NCBI GenBank assembly: GCA_964579205.1
Contig: CAZOFH010000003.1
Span: 18,975 to 82,974 of the forward strand
Length of the DNA: 64,000 nucleotides
Direction: 5' to 3'
Origin: an uncultured Christensenella sp.
GTDB lineage: Bacteria > Bacillota > Clostridia > Christensenellales > UBA1242
Shown: positions 30,287 through 39,888 of the stretch, in pieces
Numbering within the stretch: the stretch's first letter is position 1
How the letters are laid out: every line of letters begins with the position of its first letter
Program-made: the position numbers and the translations under genes
The notes under the pieces: generated by a model
What the model was told of the DNA's origin: nothing
Seen by the model: the letters and a program-made list of their open reading frames with translations, nothing else
Database searches by the model: none

Positions 30287-31588
30287 ATGGATACAATTTG
30301 TGCGATTTCGACCGCCGTCGGGAATGGTGGCGTGGCGATAATCAGGATTAGTGGCGATCGTGCGTTGTCTATCGGGGCGACCGTTTTTGAAAAATTGGGC
30401 AAGAACCCAAAACCGCGCTACGCAATATTTGGTAAAATCTGTTTTGAGGATATTCGTGATGAGGCTTTGGCGCTCTATTTTCCTGCGCCGAATAGTTTTA
30501 CTGGCGAGGATGTGGTGGAATTACAAATCCACGGGGGGTATTATTTGGCTCAAAGTCTAGTAAAATATCTGATTTCGCAAGGAGCAAGGCTCGCAGAAAG
30601 GGGAGAATTTAGTCGCCGCGCAGTGCTAAATGGACAAATGGATATGAGTAAGGCTGAAGGGATAATTGACATTATCAATGCGACCTCGAATAGCCAACTG
30701 CGTGCTGGGTCTAGTCTGCTAGCGGGGGCGATGACGCAATATGTCGGTGCGCTCCAAGACGAACTCACTGAATTGATGTGCGAGGTCAATGTTGCGCTCG
30801 ATTATCCTGAGCACGATATCGAATACATTACTGCGCAAAAAATCGCTCAAAAATGTACCGAAATTATCCAAAAAATCGACCAAAAACTCGCCACTGCAGA
30901 GACGGGGGCTTTGGTAAAAAATGGCGTCAATGTCGTGCTGGCGGGTAAGCCAAATGCAGGGAAGTCTAGCATACTCAATGCTCTATTGGGGTATGAGCGG
31001 GCAATAGTTACTGAGGTCGCTGGCACAACACGCGACACTGTGAGTGAAAGTTACGAATACAACGGTGTAAGGTTTAATATTATTGACACCGCGGGAATTC
31101 GTGACACTGCTGATATTGTCGAGGGTGCAGGAATTGACCGCGCAAAGCGCGAAATCCAGCACGCCGATATCGTGCTACATATTACCGATGCGGGCGACTC
31201 GGGCACTGAAACAATAGAAGCAAAAAATATAATAAAAATTGCGAATAAAATTGACAAAAATTCGTCAACAAAAATCACTTGCGACATTGCGGTCAGTGCA
31301 AAAACTGGTGATAATATTGAGACGCTCAGGCAGATGATTTTTGACAAGACTATCAACTCTAGCGTGCTGCTGGGTGGAGATTTTTTGACCAATACTCGCC
31401 ACATCGAATGCCTCAGAGATGCCCGTGCCGCTCTCACCGATACGATACAAAATTGTCAAGACGCGACCATTGATTGCCTCGCTGTTACATTAATGCAGGC
31501 GTGGAATAAATTGGGCGAAATCACAGGAGAGAGTGCGAGCGAAAAAATATTGAATGAAATTTTTGCACGATTTTGTCTCGGAAAATAA
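30287..31588 (+). CDS. mnmE: tRNA modification GTPase MnmE (TrmE)
   Basis: DTICAISTA, SFTGEDVVELQIHGG, GKPNAGKSS, GTTRD, DTAGIR and C-terminal FCLGK; start at ATG 30287. Confidence 0.98.
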   Translation: MDTICAISTAVGNGGVAIIRISGDRALSIGATVFEKLGKNPKPRYAIFGKICFEDIRDEALALYFPAPNSFTGEDVVELQIHGGYYLAQSLVKYLISQGARLAERGEFSRRAVLNGQMDMSKAEGIIDIINATSNSQLRAGSSLLAGAMTQYVGALQDELTELMCEVNVALDYPEHDIEYITAQKIAQKCTEIIQKIDQKLATAETGALVKNGVNVVLAGKPNAGKSSILNALLGYERAIVTEVAGTTRDTVSESYEYNGVRFNIIDTAGIRDTADIVEGAGIDRAKREIQHADIVLHITDAGDSGTETIEAKNIIKIANKIDKNSSTKITCDIAVSAKTGDNIETLRQMIFDKTINSSVLLGGDFLTNTRHIECLRDARAALTDTIQNCQDATIDCLAVTLMQAWNKLGEITGESASEKILNEIFARFCLGK

Positions 31589-31993
31589 TAATTATAAAAT
31601 TGATATAGCGATATATCAATTTTATTTTTTGCGCATAGAGCAGAATTTTGCTTGCGTGAATATTGGCGAAAATCTATCTCAAAAAAATCCACAAAAAAAA
31701 TACAACAAAAAAACAAATAAAATATGAAATAATAATAGAATAGGGGAATATTGCCCGCAAATAATCCAACAAAAAAATCATAAAAAAATAATAAAAATAT
31801 CAATAAATAGGCAAAAAACAACAAATTTATTTCTTTGACTCTTGTTGCTATACGCAAACTGTCGCGGTGTGGAGGTTCGCTCCGCTCGCGGATTCTACGG
31901 ACGCCGCTAGCGCCCTCTGAATAGCAAGCCGATGTAAAGGGCAGACGCGCTCGCGGTCATACTATTGGAATAAATTAACCGTATTAAAAAGTA

Positions 31994-32332
31994 TTAGAAC
32001 AAGTAGATTTTTGTTTCGGTAGTTTGATAGTCGATGAGAATATTTGGTGCGTGAAAAATCACCTGCAACAATCGTCCGCCTCTCGCCTGATACTCTTGAG
32101 AAATTTCGGTCAATTTTTGGCGCAACTGGCTAGGGGACAGGAGGAGGATTTGCGGCATACTGTACCCCAGCGTCTTGGCGTCTATAATGCTGATATCAAA
32201 TTCGCAAAACACGCTCAACACGGCGCTCACCTCACTAATGCTCGTATCATCGAGCATTGGGTACTGCGCAAAAATTGCGCTTGTTTCGTCCTCTAAAATT
32301 CCGAAATATTGGGTAAACTCGCTTTGTTTCAT
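31994..32332 (-). CDS. Small mTERF-like repeat protein
   Basis: PQILLLSPSQLRQKL and APNIL motifs resemble those of the upstream gene; AAGGAG RBS overlaps the upstream stop codon. Confidence 0.55.
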   Translation of the reverse strand: MKQSEFTQYFGILEDETSAIFAQYPMLDDTSISEVSAVLSVFCEFDISIIDAKTLGYSMPQILLLSPSQLRQKLTEISQEYQARGGRLLQVIFHAPNILIDYQTTETKIYLF

Positions 32333-32335
32333 AAA

Positions 32336-33808
32336 TTACTCCTTTACGCACACCGCGTCCAACTCTGCCTTGTCAAGTTGCACGCGTTGCCCAACTTGGG
32401 CATAGTATTCATCCTCGACCTGTCGCACAGCGCTCCTGTCGAGAGGGTACTCTGCGATAAGGTCGGCGCTATTTTTGCCGAAAATACTCTGGAATTTGGA
32501 CTCGGTAAAGGCGATTGCGCCACGATTGGCTGAATACTCGGTCGCGCGAATGTGCTTTAGACGCGCGTAAGTCTTTGCCTCATTCTGAATGAAAATCGCC
32601 GACTGCATCCCCACCTCAGCAAGTGGCGAAATATTAAAAAGCATATAGCGGATTTTGATTTTGTTGGACGGCATACCGAAAAGGATAGGCATCCGCGTCA
32701 ACACAGACCTATCTATACCCAATTCGTCAATAACCCTCAATTTATTGACGACCGCGCTTGGCTCTTTGCTATTCGGGTCGCAGTCGTAGCCCAAAATATT
32801 GGTAAACTTGAGGAAAACCGACCTGTCTACCCCCATACTTTCGTAAAAGTGCACCTTATTGATAATGGCTGCGGGATTGTTTGAGGTCGCTGAACAGTCC
32901 ATCCCGAGAATTTGCGGATAAGAGTTGATTTGCGCCGCAGAAAACCCGAGCTCTCTCTGCAAAAATCGCATCTTGCTAGCGATAGAGGTCTCGCTAGTGC
33001 TTTCAGGGTCGCAGTCAGATAGCAAAATCTCAGGCGCCTGCTGCCACGCGATCGGACTCAGTCCAAAAGCCTCGCCCAGCAGCGCTATTTTGTGTTGGAC
33101 TGAAAAATGCGACTCACTCTGCGGGTCACAATCCAATACCAGCAAATTCGGGCAACTACGGAATTGCTTTTGCCCCAGCCCGACCTCCTCGAGCGCGGCA
33201 ACCTTGTTGCGAATGTTGGCAGGATTTGTCGAACCCTCAGAGCAATCCATCATCAAAATTTGCGGGCATTTGTGGAATTGACGCTTGCCAAAGCCCAACT
33301 CTTTGGTCAGATATCTCAGTTTGTATGGCAAACAGTTCGGTGTGCCATTGTCTTCGATGCTGTACTGCAAAATCGACGGATATTTGACTATGGTCTCGTG
33401 CGTGAAACCGCATTGCTCCTCCAAATATAGCACCTTTTGCCGAATAGATGACGGCGCCGTCGCGTCAGCCTCAGCGCTGAGGGTGAGAATGGTCGGACTC
33501 TTGGCAATGGATGCCCTGCCTAGCCTAAAATTCTGCTCCAATAGCGCGGCTTGTCTATCATAATATCGTGTATATTCCTCGCTAGACCCTGCTGGCGAAA
33601 CCAAAAAAGACAAATGATGCACGACGCGATTGGCAGGAATGCCTAGATTATTCACCAAATAATTCAAGCGAAAATTAACCGCCGAAATCAACTCATTTTC
33701 GTCATCAAAACTACGCCCCCAATGCGAATTGCGCGCTGTCTCAAAAAAACGCTCAGCCAACTGGCTAGGAATATCACACCCAGCCACTGAAATTTGCGAA
33801 ATATCCAT
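32336..33808 (-). CDS. Helical-repeat protein resembling mTERF (about 9 repeats of 38-39 aa)
   Basis: Repeat consensus K-(V/L)-x-(F/Y)L-x-x-x-x-G-(x)8-9-P-x-IL-x-x-(D/S); start at ATG 33808 with AGGAGG RBS. Confidence 0.7.
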   Translation of the reverse strand: MDISQISVAGCDIPSQLAERFFETARNSHWGRSFDDENELISAVNFRLNYLVNNLGIPANRVVHHLSFLVSPAGSSEEYTRYYDRQAALLEQNFRLGRASIAKSPTILTLSAEADATAPSSIRQKVLYLEEQCGFTHETIVKYPSILQYSIEDNGTPNCLPYKLRYLTKELGFGKRQFHKCPQILMMDCSEGSTNPANIRNKVAALEEVGLGQKQFRSCPNLLVLDCDPQSESHFSVQHKIALLGEAFGLSPIAWQQAPEILLSDCDPESTSETSIASKMRFLQRELGFSAAQINSYPQILGMDCSATSNNPAAIINKVHFYESMGVDRSVFLKFTNILGYDCDPNSKEPSAVVNKLRVIDELGIDRSVLTRMPILFGMPSNKIKIRYMLFNISPLAEVGMQSAIFIQNEAKTYARLKHIRATEYSANRGAIAFTESKFQSIFGKNSADLIAEYPLDRSAVRQVEDEYYAQVGQRVQLDKAELDAVCVKE

Positions 33809-33832
33809 ACTCGCCGTCCTCCTTATATCATT

Positions 33833-33861
33833 ATTATAACACATTTATTCTAATAATGCAA
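33833..33861 (-). promoter_or_regulatory. Sigma-A promoter of the mTERF-like operon
   Basis: TTGCAT, 17 bp spacer, TATAAT with extended TG on the minus strand. Confidence 0.75.
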
Positions 33862-34404
33862 TAGCAAAATCAAAATTTTAGCACAAATTTTTTAATTTCG
33901 CCCAAAATTCAGATTCTCACTAATTTTTTGCAGCATAAAATTGCAAGGTTCTCAGGTCGCTGGCGGAATTCGAGGCGCTTTTTGACAATGAGATAATCAC
34001 CTACCTAAAGGAGTAGCGATAAAGTGGCGTACATAAAAAAGCAGATAGAAGAAGGGAAATTGCCGCTTGCACACAATAATGCACATTTGGAGGGTGGGGC
34101 GAAATAGACGGTGGATGATTTTTGAGCAACCGTTGCACCTTTTTAATCCGCTGGTGTCGATTTTCAAGGTTGCTACCGTTAGTTTTTGTGGGGGCGCGGG
34201 GGCGTTTTTTGGCTGCAAGTAGTGGAGCGAAAGGGGGAAAATGGCGAAAAATTTGAAAATTTGTCAAAAAGTGTACGAAATCATTTGTAAAATTTGGCAA
34301 ATATGTTTATAATATATTATATAAAGAATTGTAATTTGGGCAAGAAACGCTTTTTACTGAGTTCGTTTGGGCAAAACGAAACGCAATAAATAGGGGGTAA
34401 CAGA

Positions 34405-35772
34405 ATGAAAAAATGGTTGTGCGCGCTATCAATTTGCACAGTGGCAGGAATGGGTGCGCTGGGATTCGCTGGGTGCAGCAATGGAGAAGAGGTTGCGTCT
34501 ATCCGCATCAAGACTTTGCCAGAGACGAGTTTTATTGTGGGGGATGTGGTGACACCGACGCTAAAAGACGGTGTTTTTACCATTCAATATAATAACGGGC
34601 GGACGAGCGACCTGCCTTTGAGCGCTGCCGACCTAGTGTATGTGGATTACAACGACGGCACGACGGGGAACCAATTTACCCAAGCCAACCGTGCGCAAAT
34701 CGTGGTGGTTCGCTACAAAACAAAGTCCACGACCTATAATGTAAATGTGGTCAAGAGCGAAATGGCTATCGAATATCAAAAGAATTATTCCGCAGTATAC
34801 AATGGCACGCAGCAGCGCCTGAATGACAGCCTGTCGATAGCGCTCCCTGACGGCGTGAGTATCACTAATATTGAATACAAATTGAGTGGCAGCGAGGCGG
34901 ATTTCTCTAGCATTCCGCCGGTAGATGCTGGCGTGTACAATGTGCGCGTGACCCTCAATGGCGGCTCAAAATACAATGACGCCGTGCTCAATGATATTGA
35001 GTACACTATCAAGAGGGCGGATATCAGTTTTGCTTTGGATAAAACGGTAACTTTCGGCGATATTTTTATGCAATACAATGACAATATCGACCCTAGCAAA
35101 AACTGGAATGTTGACGACCAGGGCATCCCGAATATCCTTACCAACGCCCTCAAAACTCAGTACCAAGGCATCGCGGCGCAGATAAAATACGCGTACAAAT
35201 CGACAGCGAGCGGTGCGGCAGAGAATTATACAGATTTGACCCAAGAGGGCGGCGAATGGACGCTCAAAAACCTCGCTCCCGGTGCATACAAATTGCGTGC
35301 ATACTGTGGCGACCTCGACAATTTTAATAGTTTCGCTTATGAATGTAACCTCGACATTTCGGCGCGCGCTCTCAAATATGGGGAGGATTACGAACTCCGC
35401 ATTATGCAGGGCACCACGACTACCGCTTATGTTGAGACTGACTCGCTGATGAACATTCAGACCCAAATACTCACCACCGATCCGACTAGTGTCAGGGTAG
35501 AGGTGATTTTCCTCAACGAAACGGTACAAAATAAACTAGAGAACACACCTGTGATTTACCTTAATTATTCTGCGCCATTCGCAGCCAACTGGGGCGGCGA
35601 GGGTGTGACCCAAATCACTCAATACGGCGATTACAAGATTAGCATTTCGGCGAAATTTGCGGGCAATGTATGCTACTTTGGTAGCGAGCCGCTCGGCATA
35701 AATGTCGCCGACCCCGCCAATCCGCCGGTGAACCCTACTCCTGGCGAAATCCCTACCATTCCTACCGAATAA
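34405..35772 (+). CDS. Lipoprotein with Ig-like and MBG-like domains and a Pro-rich tail
   Basis: Lipobox-like FAGC at residues 21-24; IRIKTLPETSFIVGD Ig-like start; YNGTQQ...PVDAGVYNVRVT MBG-like motif. Confidence 0.7.
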   Translation: MKKWLCALSICTVAGMGALGFAGCSNGEEVASIRIKTLPETSFIVGDVVTPTLKDGVFTIQYNNGRTSDLPLSAADLVYVDYNDGTTGNQFTQANRAQIVVVRYKTKSTTYNVNVVKSEMAIEYQKNYSAVYNGTQQRLNDSLSIALPDGVSITNIEYKLSGSEADFSSIPPVDAGVYNVRVTLNGGSKYNDAVLNDIEYTIKRADISFALDKTVTFGDIFMQYNDNIDPSKNWNVDDQGIPNILTNALKTQYQGIAAQIKYAYKSTASGAAENYTDLTQEGGEWTLKNLAPGAYKLRAYCGDLDNFNSFAYECNLDISARALKYGEDYELRIMQGTTTTAYVETDSLMNIQTQILTTDPTSVRVEVIFLNETVQNKLENTPVIYLNYSAPFAANWGGEGVTQITQYGDYKISISAKFAGNVCYFGSEPLGINVADPANPPVNPTPGEIPTIPTE

Positions 35773-35777
35773 ATAAT

Positions 35778-35808
35778 AAAAAATAGCCTAAAAAATGGGC
35801 TATTTTTT
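35778..35808 (+). terminator. Rho-independent terminator
   Basis: aaaaaatagcc...ggctatttttt inverted repeat. Confidence 0.75.
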
Positions 35809-35866
35809 GTCTTGGTGATAATGCGAAAAAATCGTGCATAAATTAGTAAAAAAATCGGGGGAAATT

Positions 35867-36142
35867 ATGGCACAAATCGAAGCAAAAAATCTCTGCCGCG
35901 AGCACAAAATCATTCTGGAAAATCGCACGCATCTATCTATCACAGGAGTGGAGCGCGTGGATGTCGCTATTCCTACGCAATTCTTATGCGTGGTGTGCGG
36001 GCAAAAACTCCAAATCTGCGGCAAAAATCTGTCTGTCGGGCAACTGAATGTCGATAGCGGTGCGGTCGTAATCACGGGCGAAATCTCGTCAATTCAATAC
36101 CTCGGCGAAAAGAAAAGTATTTTCCAGCGGATGTTTGGCTAA
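35867..36142 (+). CDS. yabP: YabP-family sporulation protein
   Basis: HKIILENRTHLSITGVERVD...ITGEISSIQY; first gene of a yabP-yabQ-divIC arrangement. Confidence 0.85.
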   Translation: MAQIEAKNLCREHKIILENRTHLSITGVERVDVAIPTQFLCVVCGQKLQICGKNLSVGQLNVDSGAVVITGEISSIQYLGEKKSIFQRMFG

Positions 36143-36615
36143 TGTTATTTTATGCAGTCGGGCAGGGGTATATTTTTTTGTTGCTGCTGTGCGCAGGTGC
36201 TGCTCTCGGGCTGGTAGAAATTCTTTGCAAAATCGTATCTCGCAGCCTAAAAAATCTCCCTAAAATAAAATCAAAAAAAATAGCAGAAAAATCAAAAATA
36301 AATCCGCCGCCGCCCGCTCAAACCGAGCGAAAAATCGTATTTGTCGCGCCGCAAAAAAATAAAGAGAAAAATACAAAAAAAATACCAAAAAAATTATCCC
36401 AAAAATCAAAGAATATATTGCGAAATTCGTGCTGCGCCGCACTAAGCGCGGGGCGAGTGCTCATATATAGCGCGGCTCTATTCTGGGTGATACTGATGTG
36501 CGATTATGGCGAAATTAGAGCGTATCATTTTTTGGCATTTTGGATAGGATTTTGGCTAACCAAGACTATTTTTGCGAAACACTTACGCCGCCGCATAAAT
36601 TGTGCTAAACTGTGA
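36142..36615 (+). CDS. yabQ: YabQ-like spore cortex membrane protein with a Lys/Pro-rich insertion
   Basis: Position after yabP; C-terminal DYGEIRAYHFLAFWIG matches the YabQ GEIRxY motif. Confidence 0.65.
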   Translation: MLFYAVGQGYIFLLLLCAGAALGLVEILCKIVSRSLKNLPKIKSKKIAEKSKINPPPPAQTERKIVFVAPQKNKEKNTKKIPKKLSQKSKNILRNSCCAALSAGRVLIYSAALFWVILMCDYGEIRAYHFLAFWIGFWLTKTIFAKHLRRRINCAKL

Positions 36616-36640
36616 CCTGCAAAAAACAGGGAGGCAAAAA

Positions 36641-36904
36641 ATGAGATACAAACCAAGGGTGATTTTGACGGCGATTTTATTAGCGTGTGCGGGGCTAGTG
36701 GTGATATGCGCATATCAATTTAGCACTATTATCGGCAAAAAAATCTCGCTAAATTCGACGACGCAGGCGTTATCGGCGGTGCAAGCGGAATTGGCTGCCG
36801 CCTGTGAAGTTCTAGCAGAAGTGTCGAGCGACGAGTATCACAATCTTTACGCGCGCCAAAAGGGCTACGGGGTGGAGAACGAGCGGCAGTATGTCGCGAG
36901 ATAA
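36641..36904 (+). CDS. Septum formation initiator (DivIC/FtsB-like)
   Basis: N-terminal TM segment plus coiled coil; SSDEYHNLYARQKGY resembles the DivIC YIEKxAR...G motif; synteny. Confidence 0.65.
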   Translation: MRYKPRVILTAILLACAGLVVICAYQFSTIIGKKISLNSTTQALSAVQAELAAACEVLAEVSSDEYHNLYARQKGYGVENERQYVAR

Positions 36905-37011
36905 AAGGATGCATAAAACCAACAAAAAATTGCATAATTTGCATAAAAATGCATAATTTATTTGACAAAAGATTTTTTACCTCCTATAATTAAAATAAAA
37001 AGGGGTAAAAA

Positions 37012-37722
37012 ATGCAGGCTATTATACTATGCGGCGGACTGGGCACGAGACTGAGAGAGGTGGTGAGCGCCGTCCCCAAACCAATGGCGCCTATCAATGG
37101 CAAGCCTTTTATGCAAATTCAAGTAGACAAATTAATCGACGCGGGCGTAACAAAAATTATCTTTGCAGTGGGCTACAAAAAGGAGATTATTCGCGACTTT
37201 TTTGGCGACGAATATCGCGGCGTGCCATTGGTGTATAGCGAGGAGGAGCATCCGCTCAAGACGGGCGGCGCGATGAAGCTGGCTATGAGTTTTGTCGATG
37301 ATGATTGTGTGCTGGTGCTAAATGGCGACATCTACACGACTATTGATTATCGCGATATGATGCTGCAGCACAAGGCGAGCGGTGCGGTGGAGACGCTGGC
37401 GGTCAAGCCGATGCGCGATTTTGACCGATTTGGCAATGTCGTGCTGGGGGATGAGGGCAATGTGATAGTCGATTTTATCGAAAAGCAGCCCACCGCATTC
37501 GGCAATGTAAATCTCGGCGTGTACATCCTCAATACCGATATTTTTGACGAGTACGCGGACGAATTGGGAGAGGTCTTTTCGCACGAAGTCGACTACCTGA
37601 GCCGCCACTTGCACGACCGCAAGCACTGCGCCTACCTCTACGACGGCTATTATATTGATATCGGCATCCCAGACGATTATTTTGCGTTTTGCGAGTATTT
37701 CGCGCAAAATGCCGATGAGTAA
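37012..37722 (+). CDS. Sugar-phosphate nucleotidyltransferase (HddC/GmhD-like)
   Basis: ILCGGLGTRLR, PKPMAPING, VLNGD and YYIDIGIPDDY. Confidence 0.85.
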   Translation: MQAIILCGGLGTRLREVVSAVPKPMAPINGKPFMQIQVDKLIDAGVTKIIFAVGYKKEIIRDFFGDEYRGVPLVYSEEEHPLKTGGAMKLAMSFVDDDCVLVLNGDIYTTIDYRDMMLQHKASGAVETLAVKPMRDFDRFGNVVLGDEGNVIVDFIEKQPTAFGNVNLGVYILNTDIFDEYADELGEVFSHEVDYLSRHLHDRKHCAYLYDGYYIDIGIPDDYFAFCEYFAQNADE

Positions 37723-37730
37723 TAAATAAT

Positions 37731-37761
37731 AAAACGGATAGATATCCTCTATCCGCTTTTT
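37731..37761. terminator. Terminator between convergent genes
   Basis: cggatag-atatcct-ctatccg stem with A- and T-runs. Confidence 0.65.
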
Positions 37762-37932
37762 GTTTGTAAAAAATTCCTTTTCCGCCACTCATTCTCGCTA
37801 GTCCACGCACAAATTCACTCTGCCCAGCCGTACCGCATAGCCCAAGTCCCCAGCCCCGCAAAACTATAGCCGCGGACTAACGCGTGTGTTGAGCCGAATA
37901 CGCACTGTTTTCCGAATGTCCGTGCCCGCGGG

Positions 37933-38220
37933 TTAGTTCTCCTCAGTCTGAGACGATAGCAGTTTTTCCACAAGAGCGGCCTGCTGCATTAGCGCATCTT
38001 GCAATTTGTGCACCTGCGTCGCCAAAACTCGCAAAGCGGTGTTGTTTTCCTCCAGTTTTTGGCAAATAGCGCCCAATAATTGCGTTGCCTCGGCGCGGTT
38101 GATTGATTTGATGAGGCGCTCCTGCTCGTCCATTTGCTGATGCAAACTCTGCTTGCCCGCCTCGCAAATCACTCTCTCGATATCTTTGAGCGCCTCGGGC
38201 GCAAGTCTGATATAATCCAT
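37933..38220 (-). CDS. Small coiled-coil hypothetical protein
   Basis: ATG 38220 preceded by GGAGGT; heptad-like helical sequence. Confidence 0.6.
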   Translation of the reverse strand: MDYIRLAPEALKDIERVICEAGKQSLHQQMDEQERLIKSINRAEATQLLGAICQKLEENNTALRVLATQVHKLQDALMQQAALVEKLLSSQTEEN

Positions 38221-38488
38221 AAATTCGTAACCTCCGATATGCTTAATTTTATCAAAAGTTACCGCGAATGTAAAACGAAATAACAAAATTATTTTGCCAG
38301 CGTCGTTATTTTGCCCGCACACAATCCGCCCCCGCGCCGTCGTTTGGGCATGTTCTCGCCCCGTCGTCGCCACTTACCTAGTATCTGCTGCTTACCCGTC
38401 CCGACCAGTTCCACAAGCCACCCTGCCGCACCCTAAATTACTCACCCGTCCGCGCCGTTTTGAGTAGTCGATTTGCGGGGTGATAAAC

Positions 38489-38516
38489 AAAAAGCACCTC
38501 AGGCAAGGTGCTTTTT
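38489..38516. terminator. Terminator downstream of dnaN
   Basis: aaaaagcacct-caggca-aggtgcttttt. Confidence 0.85.
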
Positions 38517-38542
38517 GTGTGTAAAATTCAACAAAACTTACA

Positions 38543-39646
38543 TTAAATCTTGTGCATTGGCAATACTAGGTACAAGTAGTCGCCCTCGTCTTGCGAAGTG
38601 ATGACGCAAGGATGTACTGCTGACCCGTACTTGATTTGGACAAATTCATCCGAAATCACGCGCAAAGCATCCGTGTACAGCCTACCATTAAACTCGATTT
38701 TGAGGTCGGCACCGTTGTGAGTGGTCTGCAAATGCTCGGTGATGTTACCCAATTCACTCTCACTGTTGATGACCATATCCTTGCCCGTGATGTCAAATTT
38801 GACGGTAAAGTTGCGGTCCACACGGCTCAGCAACCCTGCACGCTCGATAGTATCCAAGAGGTGTCGGCGGTTGATATTGATAGTGGTGGTAAAGTCGTTC
38901 GGCAAAATCTGACGATATGACACATAGTCGCTCTGCAGCCCCATCAGTCTAGTCAAGAGAATAGTGTCGCCCAAAGTGATTTGCAAATGGTTCTTTTGAG
39001 TACAAATCTTGATAGCGTCATCGGTGTCAGGCAGCAGACGTACGATTTCGAGTAGGCACCTAGCGCTGACTACTATGCCAAATTCCGCACTGTGGCTAAT
39101 AGTCTTTTTGCGGATAAATGCCATCCTCACGCCGTCCAGAGCGACCCCGTGCATCTCCTCTTTGTCCACCTCGAGAAGTATACCGCGCAGCATTGGTCTG
39201 CTGTCGTCTTGGGCAACTGCGACGCTAGATTTGGTGACCAAATCCTTGAAACTGTCGCTGCGGATTTCTACATACTCGGGCTGGTCGAGAGTCTTTGGCT
39301 CGGGGAATTCGCTCGCGTCTTGGCACTGAAAGAACGCCTTGTTGTCGCCGTAGGTCACATCCAGAGTGTTGTCACGCAGGTTAAACTCAATCTGCTCGCT
39401 ACTGATTTTGCTAGCAAAGTCAGCGAAGAATTTGGCAGGGATGACTGCCACACCTGCGATTTTGACATCGGCGTTGATGACCTTGGTAATAGTCAATTCT
39501 AGGTCGGTACAGGTGAGGGTCAATTTTTCCTCTTCAGCGACCATTTTGACACATTCCAAAATTGGGTTGGTCGTGCGCACGGCTGCAGCCTTGACGACTT
39601 TGAGGACTGCGTCCGCCAAATCCAAACCTTGACAAGTAAATTTCAT
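38543..39646 (-). CDS. dnaN: DNA polymerase III beta sliding clamp
   Basis: TTNPILECV, LTCTDLEL, SRPMLRGILL, ALDGVRMA, YVSYRQILP and YLYLVLPM; start at ATG 39646. Confidence 0.96.
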   Translation of the reverse strand: MKFTCQGLDLADAVLKVVKAAAVRTTNPILECVKMVAEEEKLTLTCTDLELTITKVINADVKIAGVAVIPAKFFADFASKISSEQIEFNLRDNTLDVTYGDNKAFFQCQDASEFPEPKTLDQPEYVEIRSDSFKDLVTKSSVAVAQDDSRPMLRGILLEVDKEEMHGVALDGVRMAFIRKKTISHSAEFGIVVSARCLLEIVRLLPDTDDAIKICTQKNHLQITLGDTILLTRLMGLQSDYVSYRQILPNDFTTTININRRHLLDTIERAGLLSRVDRNFTVKFDITGKDMVINSESELGNITEHLQTTHNGADLKIEFNGRLYTDALRVISDEFVQIKYGSAVHPCVITSQDEGDYLYLVLPMHKI

Positions 39647-39888
39647 AAGATTACACCTCGATAGTAAAATATTTGCGGGCATATTGTAGCACAGAAGACA
39701 AAAAATTTCAAATACTTTTGACTAAATTTTGATTTTGAATGTCGCTTTTGCAAAAATAAGACGATTTTTGAAAAATTTTTAAAGAAAACTGCCTTTATTT
39801 TTTGTAAATAAATTGATTTTGCTTTACTTTTGGGTGCGATTTTTGATACAATTACAAAAAGAGGTTTCTTTTTTAGGGGAGGTAAAAA

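Noticed and set aside
32336-33808. WGRS peptide in the mTERF-like protein as a DGR target
   Set aside because: The context (HWGRSFDDE) is N-terminal and does not match the rest of the TR.
34004-34190. yybP-ykoY (Mn) riboswitch suggested by aaaggagtagc
   Set aside because: The 3' conserved elements are missing and the downstream gene is a surface lipoprotein.
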